From the human T2T-CHM13v2.0 reference genome, Homo sapiens, in the NCBI RefSeq assembly GCF_009914755.1, contig NC_060927.1: a stretch of 64,000 nucleotides of DNA; one strand, given 5' to 3'. Position numbers and translations under genes: made by a program. The stretch's first letter is position 1; each line of letters begins with the position of its first letter. Shown here piece by piece: positions 20,638 to 35,816 of the stretch. A model generated the notes under the pieces. That model ran no database searches and was not told the DNA's origin. It saw only the letters and a list, made by a program, of their open reading frames with translations.

Positions 20638-21097
20638 CTGCGGGAGAATGTGAAACCAACAAAAGGGTGTTCATGTTTCAAAGCCACGCCCAGGCCAATG
20701 CTGCAAGTGCCCCTCCCTACACCTACCCTTGGGATCCACCCAGCCAGTATGTGGGGTACCCACTCTCTCTGGCAGAGCTCTCTGAGGGGTCCCAGGGGAC
20801 TCCTGGACCACCCAGGAAAGCCTGCCAGTGTCGGGTGCCCAGAACTCAGCCACTGCACAACCCTGGCCTGCTAGATCATTAAGAGCCTCAGCTCTCTTCA
20901 GATTGTAACGCAGAGCCAATAGCTGTTATTCCCAAATATGACAGGAGACACTCGAAAAAACCCCAAGCCCTGGCAGAATTCACCAGCCCTGCTGGAAGAG
21001 ACCACACGGAGTGGGGTGGGTGGGAGTGAGAAGGCCTGGCAGGCAGCCCCGCCCGGGTGGTGCTGGGGCCCACCACGTACCAGGGCCCATCACATAC

Positions 21098-21237
21098 CGG
21101 CTTTTTCCCCACAATGAGCTTCTCCACCTTCTGCACCTGGGACACATGGTCCTCATTGGTCTTTAGCTCTCGCTTACGGATCCGTTCATAGATCCCCATC
21201 AGCATCTCACGGGGAATGTCCTCACCATCGTCCACAC
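21098..21237 (-). CDS. IQSEC1: IQSEC1 exon E7 (140 nt; end of Sec7 and linker, GVDDGED...VGKKP)
   Basis: cccag|GT GTG GAC ... AAG CCG|gtatgt; phase 1 to 0. Confidence 0.97.
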
Positions 21238-22569
21238 CTGGGTAGGGGATGCAGCTGGATATCAGGGTGGGCCCCAGGCTCACTCGATTTACCAGTTTCT
21301 AAAGCAAATCAGAGGAGCGAACCTTCCACTAGACCCAACAGAACCAAAGAACTCCCAGGCAGGCCCACAGCAACAGGACATTTTCAGTCAACACAAATTT
21401 CCTCAGTCCTCCTACCAGAACGGGCCCAATACATCCGACCCGGTCTAGTAGGCGATGGGTGTCAGGGGCTGAGCCACCTCTAAGCCATTTTCAGAGGGCT
21501 TTATAAATGCTACCCTGCTCCATGCTAACCACAGCCCTTCGAAGTGGGTATAATCATCTCCATTCCACAGATGGGAAGACTGAGGCTGACGTGTGGGGAG
21601 GCTGGAGTATAGGGAGGCTGGGGTTTGTTTGGGCTCCGATGGACCTGGGGCCACGTCCTACTTTCACCCTTACTAGCTGTGTGACTATGGGCGAGTGACT
21701 GCCTCAACCATGCTTGGTGTCCTCCTCTAAAACACCTTGCCCACAGCACAGGCTTGTTGTGAGGAAACGAGGGGCGCCTGGGGCGTGCCCAGCTCTGCAT
21801 CTGAGCGGTGGGAGTGCTGCAGTGGTTGCTGTTGCTGGCCCACATCACATGGGCAGAGGCTGGAGGCTGGGCTCTGACCCGGGGCTGCCCTAACCACAAG
21901 CACACACTGCTTCTTTCTTCCTCCCCACTCTGAAAACCGCTGTGAGCAGAGAAACAGCCTTATACATATGGGAAATGCAAACTCGTTTTGCAGTGAGCTC
22001 TACCCTCACCCATCCGCCAGACTGCAGTCCAAAAGGCTGCAGTGCTTGGGGAACATGGACCTCCCACAGATGGCTGGCAGGACAGGAGATGCTCCAACCC
22101 GGGGTAGGCAACCTGGCAATGCCTGTCCAAATGACAAGTTCTAGCACCCTCTGGTCCACTGACTGCATTTGGGGAACTTATCCCATGGGAAATGAGACAC
22201 ATACAACGTTATCGCAGCACTGTTTCCAAATGGCAAAAGGCTGGAAGTAACCTGTGTACCCATTAACAGGGGAGTGCTCAATCATCCCACATCAGCACGA
22301 CAGACTACTTACTACGCACCTGCCAAGAACAGTGAAGAAGGCCACAGTAAAGCACATGGGCCGTTTCTCTTAGATTTAGTAAGTGGGAAAAGCAAGGTGC
22401 AAAGTAGCAGGGGATAAAACCATTCCTGCATATGTGCACTTGCATGAGCGGAGCACAACTAGGGGGCACAGCCAGGAGAAGCCAAAATCGAGGAACTTCA
22501 GGGGCAGAGGCTATGCCCTGAGCAGGTGGGGCAGGGTGGGAAGGAAACTGCTAGGCACCTTCCAGTATT

Positions 22570-23290
22570 TTTTATTTTTATTTTCCTAAATAGACATTAT
22601 TTTTAGAGCAGGTGTAGGTTCTCAGCAAAATTGAGCAGAAGGCAGACTTCCCATGTATGCCCTGCCCCCCGACACTCATAGCCTTCCACGCTGTCGCCAT
22701 CCTCACCAGAGTGCTCCATTGGCACAATGATGAGCCTACACGGACACATCAGCGTCACCCGAGGTCCATGTTTTAGATTGGGGTCCACTCCAGATGCTGT
22801 GATTCTGTGGGTTTGGGCAAACGTAGAACGACCCTCATCCACCATTATAGCACCACGCAGAACAGTGTCACCGCCCTAAAAATCCTCTGAGCTCCGCATA
22901 CCCATCCTCCCCTTCCCCAGCTCCTGGCAGCCACTCATCCTTTTCCTGTCTCCATAGTTTTGCCTTTTCCAGAATGTCATAGAGTTGGAATCACATAGCA
23001 CGCAGCCTGTTCAGACTGGCCTCTTTCACTCAGTGCTACACACTTAAGTTTCCTCCACATCTCTTCATGGTCGATAGCTCACTTCTCTTTCGTGCTGAGC
23101 ACTATTCCACTGTCTGGAGGCACGCAGTTTATTTATCCCTTCATCTGCTCAAGGACGTCTGGTGGTTGCCACATTTTGACAGTTTTGAATGGAGATGCTA
23201 TAAGTATCCGTGTGCAGGTTTTTCTGTGGGCCTAAGTTTTCAGTTCTTTTGGGTAAATATCAAGGAGCACAACTGCTGGATCATATTACT
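22570..23290 (-). mobile_element. L1MC-type LINE-1 3' fragment
   Basis: ttttagagcag.tgtaggttc.cagcaaaattgagcagaagg...gttttgccttttccagaatgtcatagagttggaatca. Confidence 0.8.
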
Positions 23291-24037
23291 TTCTGGCTTT
23301 CAAACTATGTGAATATCCATTCAAAAAATAAATTAAAAAATTTAAAAACAAACTTTAATAACAAGGAAAGACTCCTGGACTGGCTTCCGTGGTGAGCTAC
23401 TCCGCCTTCACAGTCCTCCAGCCCCCAGGGCTCTCCCGCTGCGGGACCCACTGGACAAACTGCGCTGACCCACTCCAGAGAGGATGTGTGTTGGGGAGGG
23501 GGTGAGGATTTCCCTACAAAAAGGACAAGCTGTCCATGCACTCGGCACAGAGCACCAGGCTGGCTCCAGGAGTCCAGGGACCTGCCTGGCCTCAGCCATT
23601 TCTTGGTTGATGTGACCCTGGGCAGGTCCCTTCCTTCTCTGAGCCCTGATCACCCATTCTGAAGCATGAGGAAGATGAGAAAGAATGTCCCTGAGCTCCG
23701 GGCTGAAAAGGGGTGACTTGGTGGGGACAGCCCAGGCTTGGGAGACAGAACCTGCAGCTCCCTTCTTGGGAATGGGGTGCACAGCCCCTTCCATGGGAAG
23801 TGGGGAGGCTCCTGCCACCCTGTCATCCAGAGAACTGGCAGTACTGGGTGCAACCATGGACAGGACCCACAGAGCCACTGCCACTGAGGTACAGACTGGC
23901 CGCCACCTGACTCAGCAGCCCTGCCCTGCCAAGCCTTCTCTACTCTAGGCCAGTCATTTCTGGTTCCTCCTGCTATGTCTCATCCAGCATATCCCAGATG
24001 ACGTGCAGGAGGTTCTAAAGTAAGAAAAAAAAAACCT

Positions 24038-24396
<359 letters not shown>

Positions 24397-25934
24397 CTAA
24401 ATATAAATAAATACATGAAGTAATTAAAACAAATCAGAGACCCTCAAACTCCCCCTGGGCTGCCAATAGCATGCAGCACACAGCTGGCTTTCCTGGAGGC
24501 GATGGCCAGCCTGCATCAGGGGTCATGCGGAGGTCTGTGAATCCTAGAAACAGGCTTGGCCCCATGAGAAGGGAGGCTCAGGATGAGAGGCCCCGGGTGG
24601 ATGTAGAGGAGGCCCCGGCCTCCTGGCTGCTGCTTGGACACCTGGGCCTGGGAGTACATGTTGTACCATCAAAGTGTCCACTGGTGGCCCTCGGGAGCTC
24701 TCAAGCTGCCTTGGTTCCCAGGAACTACAGACTTGATGGACTTGGGGCCTGCGATGCCCCTCAGACCTTGCAGGAGGCCACGTACAGTAACTGCTGGGTG
24801 CAGGGAATGGCTGTCCATGAGCTCTAAGCCACGCCCCAGCCTGCTCAGCGCCCCTTCCTGCCTCCCAAGGGAGGTGGCAGAACCACTCAGGTCTTGGAGC
24901 CTAGCTCAGGTGCCATCTCCCTGAGGCCTCTGCTACCTGGGTTTCCTGCCACAGCGGCACCCGCCACCAGGGGAAGGGGAGGGCACCTGAAGACCCCGGA
25001 GTAGAGCTGGAGCTGCTCCCTGGAGAGTGACACTGTTCAAGGAGAAGGGACGGCAGAACCGCTGTTGAATAAACTAAGAATGAACAGCTTTGTCAGCTCC
25101 ACACGCTCTTAGAGCCAGGCTGTATTCACACTGGCTCTTCTTTGCTGTTACAAATAGTGACAACCTTTCCAAGGAACCCTCAGCCCCTGTTTTCAACCCA
25201 CCCTCAGCTCTTGCAGCCAGGGTTCCCACAGGGACTGAGGGATGCGGTGCCTTCCTCCTTCCTTCCGGGGACCCTGGGGCACACAGGGGACACACTGGGC
25301 TGGCACAGAGCCACTTGGGAGAAGGTCACGGCCTTTTAGTTCCTTTCCTGTTTCTGATCACACAAGGATGCCTCGCTGCCTGTAGACTCCGCACCAACAC
25401 CTCCCAGCACATGCCCACCTCCCTGAGGGCAGGGAGCCGGGTCTGCACTCCAGTGCCAGCAGCCGGAAGCCGCACTGGGCTAGAACTCAGCAGCACTGCT
25501 TTCTTTTCTTGCAAAGAAAAGAAAGAATGTATAATTACTTTCTACATGTGGCAAATGCTACTCATTCTCCATTTACAGTAGCGATATCAAGTCCCCTTTT
25601 AAAATATATACTTTTAGGTAAAGACACAAAGAAAAAGGCCAGTTTCATCCTTCAAGGACAAGCTAACAGTGTCACCTTCTCTGTGAGGAAGGTTTCCCAA
25701 CACCTCGAGACCCCGGCCTGTGTCATGCAGCCTGTGTCCCACGGGGGCTCCTCTAAGGCAATGCTCTTTCCAGTCATCTGTGCTCCCCAAAGGCCCCTCC
25801 ATGCCAGACCCTGGAGTGCCGGAGCACAGCTCCCCAACTGGAGGTTGCCTCACGCCCCTTACATCTGGGGAGGGCCTGGCTGGGGCAGGTGCTGGAGCAA
25901 ATCTGTGGCTGGCCGACCGCCTGAGACAGCTCAC

Positions 25935-26101
25935 CTCGGAGGTTCTTGATGAAGTCCTCTAGCTTCATTTTCCGCTCGGGCTTGACATTGGGGCTGTACA
26001 TGTCGGTGTTCAGCAGGATGATGGCGAAGGCCAGGATGAAAATGGTGTCTGGGTTCCGGAATTGCCGCACCACCCCAGGGTTGCAGATGCAGTAGCGCTG
26101 G
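25935..26101 (-). CDS. IQSEC1: IQSEC1 exon E6 (167 nt; Sec7 motif 2, [15 protein letters not shown])
   Basis: ccgcag|C CAG CGC ... CGA G|gtgagc; phase 2 to 1. Confidence 0.97.
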
Positions 26102-26269
26102 CTGCGGGCCGGGAGGGAGGGGGTCAGGGCCATGGCGCAGCAAGTGACACGGCCCCTCTCTCACCCGCTGAGGCTGTCATGTGCCGCTAAGCCTCAGCTC
26201 CTGCTTCTGGTGAGCGAGGATCACACCTGCCTGTCGGAGTTGGCCCTGACTACTCACTTGCCCTCCTCA

Positions 26270-26620
26270 CTCTACTGTAGTCCCTCCTACCTGGATTTTA
26301 GCCGGGCACATGGCCGTCCTGGGGAGGACTACATTTCCCAGCTCCCGGGAGCTCAGAGTAGCCACACCACCACATTCAGCCCATGGGATGTGAACACATG
26401 TGATGTGAGTGCCTGTAAGGCTGGGCCCCTCTCCCCGCTGCCTGCAATGGGGACATCACAGTGGGTGTCAGGCCTGCCCTCCGGGACCTTGAGGTGAAAG
26501 CAGCCAGGGGCACCTCCACACCAGCTCAGAGGGAGAAGCACTCTGCCTTGTCTCAGCCATGGCTACTGAGGGGCCTCAGGTTCAACAGCTGTGGACCGAC
26601 TGCTGCAAGAACACCCCCCT
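26270..26620 (+). mobile_element. Old MLT1-type MaLR LTR fragment
   Basis: gactacatttcccagctccc...ttcagcccatgggatgtgaacacatgtgatgtg. Confidence 0.5.
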
Positions 26621-26999
26621 GCCTTGGAGTCAGCCCGCTTGCCACTCCCGCTGCCACCCCAGGGGCCCCTCCACTGGTGACCTCGTGGAGGGGCAGGTGA
26701 CAAGAGGCAGGGACAGAGTAGAGGAGCCAGGCAAAGTACCGGGACTGAGGCTCAGGAGCCCAGCTTAGTGCCCTCCCCTCCAGGAAGCCGTCCTGGAAGG
26801 AGGTGGGTGCACCTTGCCTCCCGCCAGGGCCCTGGGGTTGTCCTCCCTCTGTGTCCTCGATCCTCCTGGCCCCATCACCAGTGTGGAGCCCAGAGGGCTG
26901 GGTCAGCAGCTGACCTGTGCCGCCCACACCCAGCACCAAACATGCAGGCTTCTACACTGCCAGTCTGCACGTGATCCCAGAATGGATGACTGCGTAGTG

Positions 27000-27220
27000 A
27001 CCGCGAGCTCACTGTTGTGTCAGGAACTGGGCTAAGTGTGCCCACATGTCCTGTGTCATTTCATCCTTGCACCTCTTTCTAGGGTATGTGCTACTGTTAT
27101 TCAATTTCACAGGTGAAGAAATGAGGCACAGAGAAGTTAAGTAACCAGCACAGGGCCACAGAGCCGGTAAGTGGTAGAGTCGGTGACTGAACCAGGCATC
27201 TGGCTGTCTGGCTTGTGCTC
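27000..27220 (-). mobile_element. MIR SINE
   Basis: atttcacaggtgaagaaatgaggcacagagaagttaagtaacc; further MIR cores near 17.9k, 19.5k, 21.6k, 34.6k, 39.1k, 43.1k, 48.6k, 53.6k, 63.5k and 63.9k. Confidence 0.8.
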
Positions 27221-27227
27221 TGAGTCA

Positions 27228-27899
<672 letters not shown>

Positions 27900-30085
27900 T
27901 CAGAATGCAGCAAAAAGACCTCCAGTCTTCTGGGGAGCCCACAAAGCCCCTGGAACTGTAGGGAAGCGCGTGTGCCTATATTTATGCTGGCAGTTTTCCC
28001 AGTGGGGCAGAGCATATGGTTATCTGGATCAAAGCCCTTCCCAAGAGACAAGCATTTTTAAGCACAGCCCTCACCAGGCACACAGTGGACGCCACTGTGA
28101 GTCTCCTCTCCTTCTGCACGGGGTTGGGGAGTTTGCTGCCATTTTCACAGTGAGGAAAGGGGCGCCCAGGGTGTTGACTTTCAGAATAAGCCTGTTCTCT
28201 TGTGGGGAGAGTATCGGGGTGGTGGGCTGGGTTTTGCAGATGCTTTTCCAGGGACTTGAAAGGGCCATGCACCCTCATCTGTGGGGCAGGGCCTGGAGGG
28301 GCGGCTGATGAATGGTCTCCACATTCTTCCCATGGCCCTGCCCCGGCACACCCTTCCAGTCCCTCCTATGGTGACCCCTGAACAGAGAAGATGGAGTCTG
28401 CACCAGGAGCCCTGAGGCAGGCTCCAGCTTCTGGCCAAGCTCCCTAATGATGCTGCGGTCACTCCCATGGGGCAGAGAGAGGCCTGGCCACACAGGGCCT
28501 GACCCCTCTCCCAGGGCCATCTCCACATGGGGGCGATGCAGCTGCTCCCACCCTCCTCTGAGCGCTCAAGGCCTCCTGGGGCAACAGCCTTGGAGGTGAC
28601 TTCGGAGCAGTGGGGAGAGGGCAAGCAGGGAGCAGGCAGAGGATTTGCTGAGCAGCAGGAGCAGCGGCCCTGCAGATGCCTGGTGTGGTGGCCCGGGGGA
28701 GCCAGCCACTTCCTGAGGCCACTGCTATTTTCTGACCTGAGGAAAACAATGTGCGGATTTCCTAAGGACCAGGGACCGGCTTGGAGTGGGGAGTCGGGGC
28801 AGCATAGGAATGGCTGCAGGGGATGGGGGTGGGAGCTGGGCATTTACCAAGGAGCTCATGGGCTTTCCCCTGGACCTTTCCTCACGCCTGCTTCAAAGAG
28901 GGGAGGGGGCAGTAGCCACCCTAACGATACAGCAGGCTTCTCCAGGTGCTGAGCAGGGAGAAAGATGCCCAGCCTGTGCATGCTTGGCAGACCAAGGGCA
29001 CAGATATTCTGCTGGTGCCTGCCATGTGCTGGCCACACTTAGCCTCCTGGGTGTGGGACGGGGACTACATGAGTGCCGTGTATGTGAGTCTGCGTGTGTG
29101 GGGATGTGTGCCCAGGCCAGCCCCTCCCACTCTGAGCCTTGGTTTCCCCACCCATGAGACAAAAAGGGCGACGGCACCCTCTGCCTCCTAGGGAGAAGCA
29201 GCAGAGATGGCAGGCGTACTGGCCAGCCCCAGGGAACGTGAGGCCTCGTGCTCCAGGGGCTGCTGCTCCCGGGCACCTTCTCCCCAGCCCTCGTTGGTCC
29301 CCTCGGCTGCACATGGGCAGGGCTGGGCGGCTAGAAGGGACTGCCCCTGGATGGCCAGCACTTCACCCTGCTCTGAGTGCTCTTCCTGGCCCACCCTTCT
29401 GGCTCAGGGAGTTGGGAACCCATTTTTCTGCAGGCTTTCAAGTAGCCGGGAGTGCTATGCTCACCAGCTCTCTGAACTGAGAAGAGCTGTGGAATCAGGA
29501 GGTGGGGGCAGGACGCACAGCCCCAATATCCCAGCCGGGAGAATGAGGCAGGGGCAGAGCGTGGCACGGGCCGCCCACGGGGAGGCAGGTCACTTGATCT
29601 GACTCCCCACCACTCTCCCCAGGGGTGAGTCAGGAGCAAACAGGGCATGCAGTCCATGCAGGAGGACAACAGCCAGGCCAGGGGAAGAGGCCCTGACGTC
29701 CAGCTGCCTGCTCCTGCCAGCCCTGCCATGAGAAGCTGCAGGAACATGGGTCACTGAGGGCTGTGATGCTTGGTGCTGGGTTGGATCAACCGTGCTTAGG
29801 GATGGAGGGAAGGGAGGGGCCAAGGGTGCATGCCAGAGGGTGGGCGGACAGGCAGTGGGGTTCGCATGTGGGATGGTGCATTGGAGGGCAGGTGCCCACC
29901 TGCGTGCTGGGCAGATGTGGGGCATCTGCATGTGTGTGTCTAGGACTTAGGAAGAGAGAAAGGGGGGCCCACCACATGTCCCAGCAAGTAGGGTGGGCCT
30001 GGCCCTGTGTGTGCCCACGGGTAACACAGGGTGCGTGAGGGCGTGTGTGGAATCAGGTCCCCCACCACCCCCATGCAGAACTTAC

Positions 30086-30247
30086 TCGAGCACGTCACGG
30101 TTGAACTGCTTCTGCCGGTTGCCCAGGAACTCGCCGATCATCTGCCGGCTGAGGCCCTTGCGCTGCAGCAGGAAGTGGGCCACCCCGACGGGCGTGTCGG
30201 GCACAAAGCCACGCTCGATGAGGTACTGGACTCCCTTCTCAGGCTTC
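30086..30247 (-). CDS. IQSEC1: IQSEC1 exon E4 (162 nt; Sec7, KPEKGVQYL...NRDVL)
   Basis: cccag|G AAG CCT ... CTC GA|gtaagt; phase 2 to 2. Confidence 0.97.
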
Positions 30248-31533
30248 CTGGGGTAGGACGAGAGGCACACTCAGTCCCAGCTGCCCGGCCACCAGCCAGG
30301 CACCTGGAGGGGATCTCCGCTCAGTGGACGGTCGACATTCTCCCTCCCTGCCCACCTGCACCGGCCTTCATCCCTGTAGGCATTCAGGGGTCTCTAGTTC
30401 CATCTCCAGCCTGGGTGGGAACTCAAGAACCCAGGCTGGCACTGGAAGACCCTGGGCTCCAGGCATCCTGCCCTGTCCCAAAACCCAAATATGGGGGACC
30501 TGGTACAAACACCTTCACCTAGACTCACCCAGACCTTGTACAAAGAATGGGCTGGGCTGGCTGCAGGGGTGCTTCTGTGGGAGCTGGAGCTGGACCGTCA
30601 CTCCCCTGCCCTGCCTGCAGCCCCTTCTCGGCTGCCGGGCACTGGCCCCAAACTCCCGCACACACATTCAGAACTGGGTTCCCTGTCCGGCCCAACTCCC
30701 TGCTCCCCTCAGTGTGAAAGCCGCCATGCCAGGCTGCACTTCTGAGCAGACTGGAACCCTCCCCGCCTGCCAACGGGTAATAACAGCAACCACAGCACCG
30801 GCGGGGAGAAATCGCTCTGTGCCGCCGCTGTTGAGGCGCCCTGTGCACACTAATTCACTCAATTCCCACTCCAGGAGGTCAGCACTCTGGTTACCTGCGG
30901 TGCTCAGGAGCCCAGACTCGGGAGCCCAACAGCCATATAACCTTCCAGGGGTCCTGGCTTCCCCTGCTGTAAACACTGAGGAAGTAGTCAGATGCCTGCA
31001 ACGACGCACTCAGTAAGCACCGTAAGAGGTTTCTATGCCGAGTCCTAATTCATGGGAGGGTGATGAAGGTGCAGGAAGGCAGCATTTCTAGCTGGAGGTC
31101 ACAGCACCAGTGGCAGGGCTGGCCATGCAGGGCTGAGTGTGTCCACTGGAGACCAGACCCCCAGAGCATGGGTCATTCCACTGGCTCCAGCTTCTTGGTG
31201 CCCAAGGTGTGTGCAGAACCAGGCCTGGGCAGGGATGTGCATAGGGCACGGCATGTGTGTCGTGGGCTGATGGGGCCTAGCGCCAGGCCAGAGCACACCA
31301 GGTCTGCACCTGGCCAGGTGTCTGTAGGGCCAGGCAGGCTGCAGGGACATGGCACTGACCTTGCTGCTCACACCAGCCCTGGGAGCAGGCCCTGCCCCGC
31401 TGTGGCACTCCGGCCGTGTGAGCCCTGGCAGGCCCCTTCTCCCTTGGGGCCTCAGACGTCCTGCCCATCTTGTGGTAGGTCTCTTGCTTGGCTGACCTGG
31501 CAGGGTGGTCCTGGTGGTCAAAGGGAGAGATTG

Positions 31534-31833
<300 letters not shown>

Positions 31834-32659
31834 GGAGACAGGCTGGTGTGAGAGGGCTTTGAAGATGGCCACATGTGACCCTGAAGGATGGGTGTCCTCT
31901 CTGGAGTTTGCCAGGCCACTCAGGGAGCTGTATGGAGCCATCAGGCCAGACTGGCTCCATGTCCCCTTGGACGGAGTCCTCAGAGTCACCGAGGGCTGTC
32001 AAGTGGTTGGGGACACCCTCCAGGGACACGTGCTTCCTCAAGAGTCCATGAGGAGCCCAGTGTGGCTTGGGCCCCCTTGCCTCATGGCACACCTAGAACC
32101 TGTGCTGGGGTGTAATCGGCCAGGTCATCCACTAATTAGGGGGCCGGGCCTGACCCCTTGCCCCAGCAGGTAGAAGTCAGCATTCTTCTGTCCCCGGGGT
32201 GGGGGGGATGGAGATGAAACCGGTGTCCACCTGCCCCATAACCTGCACAGTTCCTGGCTGACAGCAGTGCCCTGCAGACACCGCATTTCCATGTGCAAGT
32301 GAAAGGAAGCCTCCTGGCTGCAAGGTGACCCTGCTATTTTTATCCCAGGATGGCCACACCCGTAAGCTTGTCCCCAGGAGTGTGGCAGGGAGCAGACACC
32401 AGCCAGCTTGGTCCTGGCACAGAAGTGGTAATGGAGTGGCCCCGGTCCCTACCTGTCCCAGGGACCCAGGATGGAAGGACCAGGGTTTCACTATTCACAA
32501 GATCACATGCCTCGCTATGATTCGGGGGTCTCCAAACAAGAACTGCTCCAATGCCCCAGGCCTCTACAGCCAAGGCCAGAGCAGATTCTGGGTCCTCACC
32601 ATCCTGCTCCATGCCAGCACCAGCCCACACCCTTCTCTCCCTCCCTCAGCTTCCAGGTG

Positions 32660-32930
32660 AGGGGTCGCCATGGCTCACCTACAGTTGGGTTTTCTTTGGC
32701 CCACACACTGTTAACAAAAAGAATTCTAGTTCGTTGCCAGTATTTAAAAACTGGAAGAGTGCACAAAAAATCTGGATTTCTGGCTTCTGAAAAATCAGAC
32801 CTTCTGGCGTCCCTGGGCCTATGCTCCCTGGCCTCCACGGCAGTGAGTGGGGGAGCCGGGCTAGGCTCCCCGACCCCTGCTGCCTGGTCCCTTCCCCACA
32901 CAGGTGCATGCTCTAACTCCACCCAGGCTG
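32660..32930 (+). mobile_element. MER102-like hAT element
   Basis: tttggcccacacactgtt...gttgccagtatttaaaaa...aaaaatctggatttctggcttct. Confidence 0.6.
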
Positions 32931-32988
32931 TCTGGTCCCTTCCCCACACAGGTGCATGCTCTAACTCCACCCAGGCTGTCTGGTCCCT
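32884..32988. repeat. 48-bp tandem repeat x2.2
   Basis: ctggtcccttccccacacaggtgcatgctctaactccacccaggctgt starting at 32884, 32932 and (partial) 32980. Confidence 0.92.
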
Positions 32989-35695
32989 CCAGGCCACCGC
33001 TGCAGTGACCAGGTCCAGGCCCAGCCGGGTCCCGCCTTCTGCCGCTGCTCTTTTTTTGCCCCCATCCACCCTCTGATGTGGATGTGCCACATCCAGGGAC
33101 TTCCAGGACAAGGCTCCTCGGCCCTGGAGGTGCTCAGAGCACAGAGGGAAGAGGGGAAGGTGCTGTGGGAAGCGGGCACGTGGGCTCTTCAGGATTAGGT
33201 GAGCACCATGTGTCTGCTGGGCCAGGCACCTCTTGGTGAACACTGGCTGGGAGTAGGCCGTGGGCCCCTGCGGGTGCAGCTGAGAGGCCTAGTCTGTGCA
33301 GGGGGCAAGGGACAGAGACTGAGGTATCAGGCAATTTTCTGGGAAGAGGTGACAGTGAGGACAAAGGTGCTGAGGTGGGTGGGGAGACCTGAGAGGCTAT
33401 TCCAGGGTTGAGCACAGGGACCCTGGGGGAAGGCGAAGGGGGTAGTGGGGCGGTGGGCAGACTGCACTGTACAGCAGGCCATGGAGAGGGGTCTGGCTTT
33501 CTCCCGAGTGGGCTGAGAAGCCCCAGTGTGAGGTCAAGAGGGTGGTGATGGGGTCCTAAGTCCACAAGAGCGATGCCATGCTGGGGAGATCGTGGGCCAG
33601 GGCCCAGCTGGCAGCTGAGTGAGGGGCTCCTGTGGGCACCTGGCCATGCTGCAGCAGAGGTGGGAGGGGGCCGGGTTGAGGACACAGTCTGAGGGCAGAG
33701 GTGTCAATATTTGCTGATGGATCTGGGTGGGGGTGGCCGAGGTGGGGGCGGTGGAGGTAGGAGCAAGAAGGACAAGGAGCAGTGAGTCCAGGATGGCGTC
33801 AGCTTTTAGCCTGAACCTAGTGCGGGCGATGGATTCCACCCGGCAGGCCTCAAGGGCCATACCGCAGAAGTGAGGATGCTCAGTGAGGGGGCCTAGGCCG
33901 GTGATGAAGAGCTCGCTGCTGACCTGAGGGGAACTAGGGAGAAGCTGCAGCTGGACAGCCAGGGCCGGCTCCAGGGTGGGGCTGGGAGTCTCCGCAAAGC
34001 TCCCTGCAGGAGTGACAGGCCCTCAACAGCCTCCCTGACAGCAGACGGCCAGGGCACTGGGCATTTACTGGTGGGAATCCCCTGCCATTGGGACCTTGCT
34101 ACCCTCCCCTACTCCTAGCCCGTGTAATGAAGCCCTTCCTTCCCCAATCAGTCCTTGGTGGCCCTGCTGGGTGGTGAATTCTCCATCCACCTGTGCCCTG
34201 CCTCACAGAGTTCCACAAGGTCTGCCAAGCATCACACAGGTCGAAGGTGGGCCTTTGGTGTGGCCTTGGACCCCCACCACCTCCTCTCCTGGCAGGACTT
34301 TACTTTCCCGCCTGCCCTGGGGAGAGGGCTGCAGGACATGCTTCAGCCACTGAACTGTGAGCTGAGGGGTCTGTGTCACTTCAAGGGGGAAGCTGTGCGG
34401 TCCCCTATGGACACCCACCTCCTTCATTCATTCCACAAACATTTATTGGGCACCTACCCTGGCTAGGTGCTATGCTAGCACAGTTATGGTCCCCATTGTC
34501 AAAAAACATGCTTTCTAGTTAGAGAGGGATACAGACGGAGATAAAGTCCAAGAATACAGAAATATGCTACAGTACAAGCATCAGGGGCATGGCTGGGAGA
34601 GTCAGAAGCCCACACTTCCGTCTCAGCTCCACTTCTGGCTGGGCGACCCAGGGTGAGTGAACTTAGCCTTTCTGTGTGTCTGTATAATGGGGATGACAGC
34701 AGTTCACACAATGGTTACTGTGAAGAATCCATGAGTTCGTACTCATAACGTACCATGCCTCAGGCCTCAGAAACCATTTCAGGCTTCACAGCTGGAAGGA
34801 GAGGCCTGGGCTAGAAGAACTCACCCGGGGTGATGCCACAGAAAGCTGGGACGGCATCGACTTCAGCTGGAAGGGGCAGAAGGACGGGCAGGAAAGCCCA
34901 CCCTGACGAGATGGCATTGAGCCTGGGCAGAGAGCCAGGAAGAAGGTCCCTGGTGGAGGGAACAGCCAATGCAAAAGCCTTGACAGGTAACAAAATGGGG
35001 GCACAGAAGGGTCAAAAAACTGGCTCCAGGTTGCCCAGCAAGATGATGGGTACCAGGACTTATAATCCACGCTTCTGCCCCAGAAGTCCCTAAAAATTCC
35101 CTCTACCCTCCGGATGCCCTTCCTGCTGCTGAAAATCCACTCCGTCCAACTCTGCAGTCACCCCATTCCCACAGTCCCTTTGTGTATACCCGTTACTCTT
35201 TCTTTAGCTCTTCTTGATTCCACCCTGTAAGGACCCAGCATTAACAGGTGCTGCCTGCAACATTCTCATCATCTATACCTGACCCACCTCTGTACCCCCG
35301 GCCCTGCTGCCCCCTAAAATGCCCCAGCAGGCAGTGTAGTCGGAGCCTCCTGGCTCCATCCCTGCTGTGTGCTCCCAGGTCTGGCCTTAGCTGCCTCCTC
35401 TAAAGCTGGCTGAGCCAGCTTTTCCTCACATCAGATGACGATTCAGATTCAAGTGTGACAGGTAAGCACAGACTGCACCAGTCACTTCCTGCACACGCAT
35501 CTCTCATCGTCTTTCAGCGGCAAGCTGAGCTGCTGGTGGGAAGAGTGAGCTGTGTGAGGCTCTGAGGAAGAGCTGCTGCAAGGCTGTGGATTGCACGTGG
35601 GGAACACCTACCTGCTGGAGCAAAGCACTGAGTGCTTACCCTGGTATTTTCCCAGCAGGGGTGTGCAGGATCCAGGAAAGGGTTCTCTCTCTCTC

Positions 35696-35816
35696 TTTTA
35701 AGACCCAGGTCTCACTATGTTGTCTAGACTGGCCTCAAACTCCTAGTTTCAAGTGATCCTCCCGCCTCAGCCTCCCAAGCAGCTGGGACCACAGGCATGT
35801 GCCATTGTGCTTGGCT
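35696..35816 (-). mobile_element. Alu monomer (FLAM-like)
   Basis: ggtctcactatgttg...ctcaaactcct...caagtgatcctcccgcctcagcctccc. Confidence 0.85.
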
